From an uncultured bacterium (GTDB taxonomy: Bacteria; CSSED10-310; CAZUFC01): a stretch of 11,344 nt of DNA. The DNA lies in NCBI GenBank assembly GCA_964619725.1, contig CAZUFC010000198.1, forward strand, positions 1 through 11,344, read 5' to 3'. Positions 1 to 5,423 of this stretch are shown piece by piece. The position numbers were made by a program, and so were the translations under genes. The notes beneath the pieces are model-generated. The model was not told the DNA's origin. It did no database searches and saw only the letters and a list, made by a program, of their open reading frames with translations. Position 1 is the first letter of the stretch. Every line of letters begins with the position of its first letter.

Positions 1-20
1 CTCTTATTGAACTCATCGGG

Positions 21-102
21 AAAGCGGCAGGATGCCGCTTCTACTTTCTTGCCTTCTCTGTTGTTGGTTTTTTAAAGTAGACGCGGCATCCTGCCGCGTT
101 CC
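21..102. repeat. Pair of GTAG-type REP palindromes (21-44 on minus, 77-102 on plus)
   Basis: GTAG-AAGCGGCA-TCC-TGCCGCTT (reverse, 21-44) and GTAG-ACGCGGCA-TCC-TGCCGCGT (77-102). The same two REP variants flank the RAYT gene (8938, 9141, 10169, 10249). 19-49 is identical to 10167-10197. Confidence 0.85.
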
Positions 103-484
103 GAAAGCGCTTAAGAACCCCGCAACATGCAGCGGCAAAATAAAGGCAAATAAAATGCCGAATATATGCACACCCGACGGACGGCCTTTCAAATAAGCCA
201 ATAAGACCAAAAGCAAAATCAAAACGACCTTACCTCAATCCAGCGCCGACTTCGATGCGCTTAACGGCCCTTGCCGGAAAAACCTATAACGGCAGTCCGG
301 TGCATAACAATACGATGCCATGCCTCGAAAGCCTGGGGGAAGCATATGAGAAAAGTAACCATAGTTTGGATAAAAGAAAAAGACACGACGTGCTTATCGG
401 ATTATACGCAGCTATTAAAAATAAGACGGTGAAGCATGCATACGATTCGATTCAGAAAACTTCACTTGTTATTAAAAAACTATA

Positions 485-535
485 TAGCGCCTGTCCATAA
501 ACTCGAATCTCGATTCAAAATTTAATGCTGGACAG
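485..535 (+). repeat. ~50 bp mini element with an IS-end-like terminus, copy 1
   Basis: TAGCGCCTGTCCATAAACTC (485-504) is the exact reverse complement of 9995-10014. Similarity continues through AAATTTAATG..GGACAG. There is an internal inverted repeat CTGTCCA...TGGACAG. Confidence 0.65.
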
Positions 536-543
536 TTACTTGG

Positions 544-686
544 GTTTTTGATCCATAAAGGAGCGAATTTTTCTCAAGGCAAGGAAGGCAAGGATTTACG
601 AAGAAGGCGTATTTATTATACGTTGACTGAGCAAATCCGAAGCCTGACGCAGCATTAGGGAAAATTCGCCGTTTATGAACAAAAAC
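544..686. mobile_element. MITE-like palindromic element
   Basis: Imperfect ~33 bp terminal inverted repeats: GTTTTTGATCCATAAAGGAGCGAATTTTTCTCAA versus revcomp GTTTTTGTTCATAAACGGCGAATTTTCCCTAA. They enclose nested stems GGATTT/AAATCC and GGCGTA/TACGTT. No coding capacity. A related fragment lies at 10376-10398. Confidence 0.65.
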
Positions 687-798
687 TAACCAGCAACGAT
701 GGAAAGATAAATCGTCAGACGGCAACGAGATGAATTATGGTTTTCCGGTGTAAGACCCTAAAAATATTGGGACTGATCGGACTGGGGTTACACTCCTT

Positions 799-916
799 TC
801 AAAGCTTTTTACAGTTTTTTACAGTAATCGGGATCGGGCTCGCAATCGCAATCGAAACAAAATGATGAGATATTATTCGAATTGTAACCTCAAAAAAGCT
901 TTTTTGACCAATGCCA
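799..916 (+). repeat. ~100-120 bp dispersed repeat 'R', copy 1
   Basis: CAGTAATCGGGATCGG..CGCAATCGCAATCGAAACAAAATGATG.GATATTATT.CGAATTGTAACCTCAAAA...TTTTTGACCA recurs at 1946-2070 (direct) and 8723-8824 (inverted). Confidence 0.9.
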
Positions 917-920
917 GAAT

Positions 921-1122
921 ATTCCACCCATCCAATCATCCAAACCTCCAACCCAACAATCTCACACTCTTCCAACCACCATTTCTCCCATCCAGTCAAC
1001 CACCAGATCGTCCAGTATTCCAACCGCCCAATCTGCCCCTCTTCCAACCAATCAGTCCTCCAACCACCCACTCTTCCACTCTTCCATCCAATCTTCCAAT
1101 CTCCCCCCAATCTTCCCTCCCC
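921..1122. repeat. Degenerate 8-bp tandem array (consensus ~TCCAATCT/TCCACTCT), roughly 25 units
   Basis: TCCA recurs at about 8 bp spacing. Only 7 G in ~202 nt on the + strand. Confidence 0.85.
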
Positions 1123-1242
1123 AAAACCAAGAATGAAATATTTCCAGATTTTTGAATCTATGATAATAAATAAGACTGCACCGGAGAAAATTCTGCCTCT
1201 CCGGTCATTGAGCGATAAAACACAAAGTTAAGGCAAGGAACC

Positions 1243-1869
1243 ATGAACGGAGCGGAAAAAAACGAAAAACATGATAGAGCCGGCGTTGAAAGAACGTCGG
1301 TTGCTTCTTACGCGCTGATCAGCCGGGATAAGCGCGATAATTCCGGCGGTTCGACCAGGGAGTGGCTTCTGCAGTGGAACTCGAAATGGAAAGCCATGAA
1401 CCTTATTGCGGGTCATCAGGAGGAGATGGATTCAAACGAACTGGCCTGCATCATAAGGGAAGTCCATGAAGAACTTTTCGATGACCTGTCGGAGGATGAA
1501 CGAGCGAAAATGAACAGAGCGGTTAGCGGCGACAATCGGAAATATAAACGGAAAATTTCGCATTGGGAGGACCCGTACATAGAAGAAGTCACGCTGATTA
1601 CCGGTGATCCCATAGAATATGTCGCCTTTTCCAAATCGAAGAACTGCCTGACGAAGTATCGTTTCCATGTTTATGATGTTAAACTCAGGAAAGACAAAAA
1701 GACAGCTCTATGTAACAAAGGTCAGGGCAAAAAAACTCTCAATGAATGGGCAAACCGGCAGGAGATTGCAAACGGCAGGACGGCCGTCGGCACGGCCATC
1801 AGCGATACGGTCAGAAAAATCATGGATATTCTAAAACTGCAGCAGGACGACAAAATTCAAAACTCCTGA
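1243..1869 (+). CDS. Nudix-fold hydrolase, 208 aa
   Basis: Nudix-box-like GHQEEMDSNELACIIREVHEEL preceded by WLLQWNSKWKAMNLI. RBS-like AAGGA lies just before the ATG. Substrate cannot be determined from sequence. Confidence 0.8.
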   Translation: MNGAEKNEKHDRAGVERTSVASYALISRDKRDNSGGSTREWLLQWNSKWKAMNLIAGHQEEMDSNELACIIREVHEELFDDLSEDERAKMNRAVSGDNRKYKRKISHWEDPYIEEVTLITGDPIEYVAFSKSKNCLTKYRFHVYDVKLRKDKKTALCNKGQGKKTLNEWANRQEIANGRTAVGTAISDTVRKIMDILKLQQDDKIQNS

Positions 1870-1945
1870 CAAAGACAACCTAACCTATTGAAATAATATG
1901 TTTTTTTGCACTGAGTCTCGGCATAAAAATTGAGCAGCTTTTTCG

Positions 1946-2070
1946 TCAAACATTTTACATTTTGTTTCAGTAATCGGGATCGGTGTCGGGGTCGCAATCG
2001 CAATCGAAACAAAATGATGGGATATTATTTCGAATTGTAACCTCAAAAGACGCATTTTTGACCAGCGCCA
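1946..2070 (+). repeat. Dispersed repeat 'R', copy 2
   Basis: Direct repeat of 799-916 with one extra hexamer unit. 55/63 identical (hand count) to the reverse complement of copy 3 over the CGCAATCGA...TTTTTGA core. Confidence 0.9.
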
Positions 2071-2181
2071 CATTTTTATATTTATCTATGCTTGATAGAA
2101 CCGACTTAATTCATTGTATTCGTTTCGATTTTTTGGTTGCGCATCCAGTGTGTTCCAGGGTTCTTAAATTCATACCTCCTA

Positions 2182-2218
2182 CCCAGGGTTGCGCTCGCAA
2201 GCTCGCTTAAACCCTGGG
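2182..2218. repeat. REP-like hairpin of a second family
   Basis: CCCAGGGTT-GCGCTCGCAAGCTCGCTTA-AACCCTGGG has a perfect 9 bp outer stem. Single copy in the window. Confidence 0.5.
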
Positions 2219-2248
2219 CTATGCTGTGGGCCCCCTACGTGATCAAGC

Positions 2249-2371
2249 TTATTGTGTCAAGCGTGTCTAATAGTCATACCAGCAAACAGGAGCGATACTC
2301 TTATGTCGGTGCAAGCCGCGTGGGGCGAAGCATGGATATAAGCGTATCGGGGTTTGTTTTTTTTCAGCCTG
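2249..2371 (+). repeat. Dispersed structured repeat 'S', left copy
   Basis: 2300-2361 aligns ungapped to the reverse complement of 8577-8638 at 49/62 identity (hand count). Weaker similarity extends to ~2249/8689. Hairpin CTTATGTC...GATATAAG. Confidence 0.85.
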
Positions 2372-2429
2372 GCGTCCAGTATCTATGGTCTTTGTGCGAT
2401 CTTCAATGATCATTAAGCATCATTAAACA

Positions 2430-2468
2430 GACAAAAACTGACTAACGGTTCACTCCATTCCGTCAGTC
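2430..2468 (-). terminator. Probable intrinsic terminator of the PFK-like gene
   Basis: Minus strand GACTGACGG-N11-CCGTTAGTC (9 bp stem, one G-U) followed by AGTTTTTGT, ~20 nt after the stop at 2488. Confidence 0.55.
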
Positions 2469-2487
2469 CCGAAACTCATATCATAAC

Positions 2488-3921
2488 CTACCCGGGGTTT
2501 ACCCAGGTCATCGTCGGCCTGTCGTTTCTGATGCCGATGAAGGGTATCTCGTCGGGATGCGCTTTCTCAGCCCAATCCCAGTCCATGGTGCAAAGGGTCT
2601 CCACGGCATGGCATCCCAGGCGGCTTGCCAGGATGATGTCTTCGGGAACGGGCATTCCCCCTCGCTGGGCATGACCCAGGTCCATGACGCGGATGTCGAG
2701 CTTGATTGATTTTCGTTGGGGGGCGAGGCTGTTCCATAATTTTCTTGTCTTGCTTTTTGGTTTATACTTTTTTCCCAATTTTTTATGTAAATGCGTCAAA
2801 GCGGTTTTAAGGCATTCGATAGGCGGTTTTTTCCAATCTTTCAAGTTTTTAGGAAATTCAACGCCCTCCGCCACAGCAACCACTGCGCTGCCGAAAGGAT
2901 TGGTTTCAATTTCTTTATAGATAAGCTTCAACAATCGCAGGATTTTGTAATAGTTCCAGGGTTCCCTGCTGCGTTCTGCCGTAAGGACAAGCCTGCAGTT
3001 ACCCGCAATGCTTGCGAATATCGGGAGGTCGCCCCGTTTTCGTCCCATGAGCTGAACCAGGAAAAGCCGTGCGGTGGCTGCACCGGTCGAACGAACCGCA
3101 TTAAGCATTATGTCGGCCATGCTTAGCGCGGAAGCGAATCCAATGGAACGATCCGACCAGGGATGAGTATCATTATCGATCGTGCCGGGCAGAGCGACCA
3201 CCGGCATTCTTATTGTTTGCCAAAGCTCTCTCGCTCCTCTAGCCGTACCGTCGCCGCCGATGACGATTAGACCTTGTTTGGAATTTTTGTTGATCTTACC
3301 GGCATTCGCATTAAGCTCATCCTTAAACTTCGGATATCGCATAGACCGCAGTATAGAACCAGCCTCCCCGGCAATATCGCAGACTCGATCCCTCGTCAGT
3401 TTTTCAGGCATTTCTCTTTTTAGCAACCAATCCATTAATCCGATATATCCGTCCTTGATCCCGTAAATAGCAGGATTCCAAATTTTTCCCTTTCCCGTGA
3501 ACCCATAATTTAATGCCGTCATGGTTACGGAGCGAATGGCTGCGTTCATTCCCGGAGCATCGCCGCCGCTTGTCAACACACCTATCTCGTTTATCCCGTT
3601 ATAGTTCTGCCGGAGCCATTCGTCCGTATTGCACGAACAGAATTCCATAAGCTCGCCGGCGTCGTTCGATATGCCGGTTTTTATCCCATAATGATTTATG
3701 AGCTGATGCAAATAATCATCATCCGGTATGTTCATGAGATGAGCAGGCTTAAAGTCTTCCCTAACCGTCGGAAACTCACCGTCCGGCAATACGGGCGGTA
3801 CTGTCGTCATGTCAATTACATAATCATCCTGAAATTCCCGCCTGGCAATCAGTTTCTGTAAACGATACATCTCAGCCTGTAAAACCCCCTTCTGCAGCAG
3901 TTGCTCGTTCGTAAACCCCAT
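2488..3921 (-). CDS. 6-phosphofructokinase (PfkA family, ATP-type signature) with N-terminal extension, 477 aa
   Basis: Motifs GVLTSGGDAPGMNAAIR, IGGDGT, PGTIDND, LMGR, VAEG and LGHAQRGG are all present in order. Gly in GGDG and in PGTIDND is the ATP-type rather than PPi-type signature. RBS AGGAGG precedes the ATG. The gene symbol is withheld because it is divergent and probably not the housekeeping copy. Confidence 0.92.
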   Translation of the reverse strand: MGFTNEQLLQKGVLQAEMYRLQKLIARREFQDDYVIDMTTVPPVLPDGEFPTVREDFKPAHLMNIPDDDYLHQLINHYGIKTGISNDAGELMEFCSCNTDEWLRQNYNGINEIGVLTSGGDAPGMNAAIRSVTMTALNYGFTGKGKIWNPAIYGIKDGYIGLMDWLLKREMPEKLTRDRVCDIAGEAGSILRSMRYPKFKDELNANAGKINKNSKQGLIVIGGDGTARGARELWQTIRMPVVALPGTIDNDTHPWSDRSIGFASALSMADIMLNAVRSTGAATARLFLVQLMGRKRGDLPIFASIAGNCRLVLTAERSREPWNYYKILRLLKLIYKEIETNPFGSAVVAVAEGVEFPKNLKDWKKPPIECLKTALTHLHKKLGKKYKPKSKTRKLWNSLAPQRKSIKLDIRVMDLGHAQRGGMPVPEDIILASRLGCHAVETLCTMDWDWAEKAHPDEIPFIGIRNDRPTMTWVNPG

Positions 3922-3972
3922 AACGATATCCTCCTGTTAACGAGGTGAAATTGATTCATATTTATCGAGAAA

Positions 3973-4002
3973 ATTGTAAACGACGCTGATGAGATATGTC
4001 AA
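3973..4002 (-). promoter_or_regulatory. Sigma70-type promoter for the PFK-like gene
   Basis: Minus strand TTGACA (4002-3997)-N18-TACAAT (3978-3973), ~50 nt upstream of the ATG. Confidence 0.7.
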
Positions 4003-4041
4003 CAGCGTTTCTTAAGCATTATAAATCAATCAATGTAAAAA

Positions 4042-4067
4042 CTGGGACCGCAGGCGTCCCGCCTGCA
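4042..4067. repeat. REP-like palindrome of a third family
   Basis: CTGGGACC-GCAGGCG-TCC-CGCCTGC: 7 bp stem with the same TCC loop as the GTAG REPs but a different foot. Single copy. Confidence 0.5.
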
Positions 4068-4187
4068 GAAGACAGGTCGCGCTTTGAACCTGCATTATGC
4101 CTTTTAAAGCCCGGAACGGATATTGGCGCCGAATAAACGATTCATATTGTTCTCCTGTCGTCAGTATGGAATGATCAGGCCCGAAAC

Positions 4188-4499
4188 TTCCGAATCCGGT
4201 TCCGAAAAGCGCCGTATATTTCCGCAAAGTTCCGCAAAATTCCGTTTCAGCATGCCCAAACCGGTCAAATCAGCCACCTAAACCTGCAAAAAGGTTCCGA
4301 ACGCTTCCGCAAAGTTCCCGAAATTTCCCCAAATTTCCGTTTCCCATTTCCGCAAAACGCGACAAATGCCGCAAAGTTCCGCATATTTCCGCTTTTGCGG
4401 AACAGGTTCCGCAAATTTTTCGATTTTTTTGCCCCAAACCATGTACGAGCCTCCCAATTTTTATTCCGAATAATTCCGCATTGTTCCGTTTAAACGGAA
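4188..4499. repeat. Degenerate 10-bp-period array (consensus ~TTCCGCAAAN)
   Basis: 15 TTCCG on +: 4188, 4200, 4220, 4230, 4240, 4295, 4305, 4335, 4348, 4377, 4387, 4407, 4464, 4474, 4484, plus in-phase variants. Ends in the perfect palindrome TTCCGTTTAAACGGAA (4484-4499). Confidence 0.85.
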
Positions 4500-4520
4500 T
4501 AAAACTCTAAACCCAATTCC

Positions 4521-4660
4521 CTAAGAAGGGCGGCGGACGACACGGAACCCGTCGCCCCTGCTCCAGGCCCCGTCAGCCGGACCGCCCCCTTCGCGACAGC
4601 CCGAGCGGCAGTCCACCGCCCCGTTGCCCCAGCAGCAGCCGAGCAAAACGCGATCGGAGC
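4521..4660 (-). other. Candidate DGR variable region (VR) at the 3' end of the FGE domain
   Basis: Coding strand 4524-4660 has 10 A in 137 nt (7%) and 73% GC, versus 35 A in 120 nt (29%) at 4681-4800. It sits at the usual VR position (RV..G..W...CRS..R....P...GFR). A hairpin follows 22 nt after the stop. Confidence 0.55.
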
Positions 4661-5423
4661 CGCTTTCAGGACCTTTTGGATCATCTACAGGCGAATTTCC
4701 GTAATAATCCGAATCAAACCGATCCCAGCACCATTCCCAGAGGTTTCCGTGCATGTCGTAAAGTTTCCAATCGTTTGGACGAAAACTTTTAACTGTTGTG
4801 GTTCGGTTTCTGTATTCTCCCATTTTGCCTTTGCCGTATGGAATTCTCCCTTCAAAATTGGCCATAGTCGAATCCAGGCTGTTGCCGTAATGAAAGTGAG
4901 TCGTGGTTCCCGCCCGGCACGCGTATTCCCATTCCGCTTCCGTGGGCAGCCTGTATCCGTCGGCCAACTGGTCACAATATACTTCGCCTTCTCCTCCTTC
5001 GTATAGGATTCTGAATTCAGGATCGGAGTAATAGCATGGTCGGAGATTTTTCTCACGTAAGGTCAACTTGTTGCAGAACTCCGCGCATTTGAACCAATTG
5101 AAATTTTCGAGGGGCAGGTCGTCCCCTTGGAAATGACTCGGATTGTCGCCCATGACATCCTTCCACATCTTTTGCGTAACCGGCGTCTGGAGCATCAGGA
5201 ACGACCTCGTCATACTCACCCGGTGCGGCGGTTCTTCACGATCAAATTCATAACCGCCCATGAGGAAACTTCCCGGGGGAATAACGACCCAGCCTTCGGG
5301 TACCGCGCCGTGCCTTGTTGCGTAAGTCTCCTTATATATTTCCTGAAGCCGCCTGACGGCATCGGTTTTTTTATTGAATTTTTCGTCGAATAACGCCTTA
5401 CCGCGCTGTTTCTCTCCATCAGT
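4521..5423 (-). CDS. FGE-sulfatase (SUMF1/CLec-fold) domain; probably the out-of-frame C-terminus of the upstream NACHT protein
   Basis: Motifs TPVTQ, YRLPTEAEWEYACRAGT, PNDWKLYDMHGNLWEWCWD and GFRVV. The frame is open from 5423, and the listed ATG at 5261 lies inside the conserved N-terminal motif WVVIPPGSFLMG, so it is unlikely to be a real start. Confidence 0.9.
   Translation of the reverse strand, partial: TDGEKQRGKALFDEKFNKKTDAVRRLQEIYKETYATRHGAVPEGWVVIPPGSFLMGGYEFDREEPPHRVSMTRSFLMLQTPVTQKMWKDVMGDNPSHFQGDDLPLENFNWFKCAEFCNKLTLREKNLRPCYYSDPEFRILYEGGEGEVYCDQLADGYRLPTEAEWEYACRAGTTTHFHYGNSLDSTMANFEGRIPYGKGKMGEYRNRTTTVKSFRPNDWKLYDMHGNLWEWCWDRFDSDYYGNSPVDDPKGPESGSDRVLLGCCWGNGAVDCRSGCREGGGPADGAWSRGDGFRVVRRPS

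Noticed and set aside
13-500. Short ORFs 13-222 (-) and 255-500 (+); hydrophobic minus-strand stretches
   Set aside because: No recognisable motif, broken by stops, and the 3' end is translated REP sequence. Possibly a decayed membrane protein gene, but unsupported.
799-1231. Three overlapping ORFs rich in W/G, P/Q or H/S
   Set aside because: Translation artefacts of the 8-mer array and repeat R.
1885-2073. Conserved peptide RLQ..IISH.FVSIA..PIPITE in ORFs over the R copies
   Set aside because: Explained by DNA repeat identity. Copy 1 is frameshifted relative to the others, and flanking starts and stops are not shared.
4188-4499. CRISPR array (also considered for R and the REP modules)
   Set aside because: No constant 25-45 bp repeats with unique spacers, and no cas genes.
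4030-4500. DGR template repeat or reverse transcriptase nearby
   Set aside because: No AAC-rich copy of the VR-like segment and no RT motifs anywhere in the window.
4521-5261. FGE ORF as an independent gene starting at 5261, or as a true formylglycine-generating enzyme
   Set aside because: The ATG is inside the conserved IPPGSFLMG motif and lacks an RBS. There is no sulfatase context, and the NACHT context points to a binding domain.
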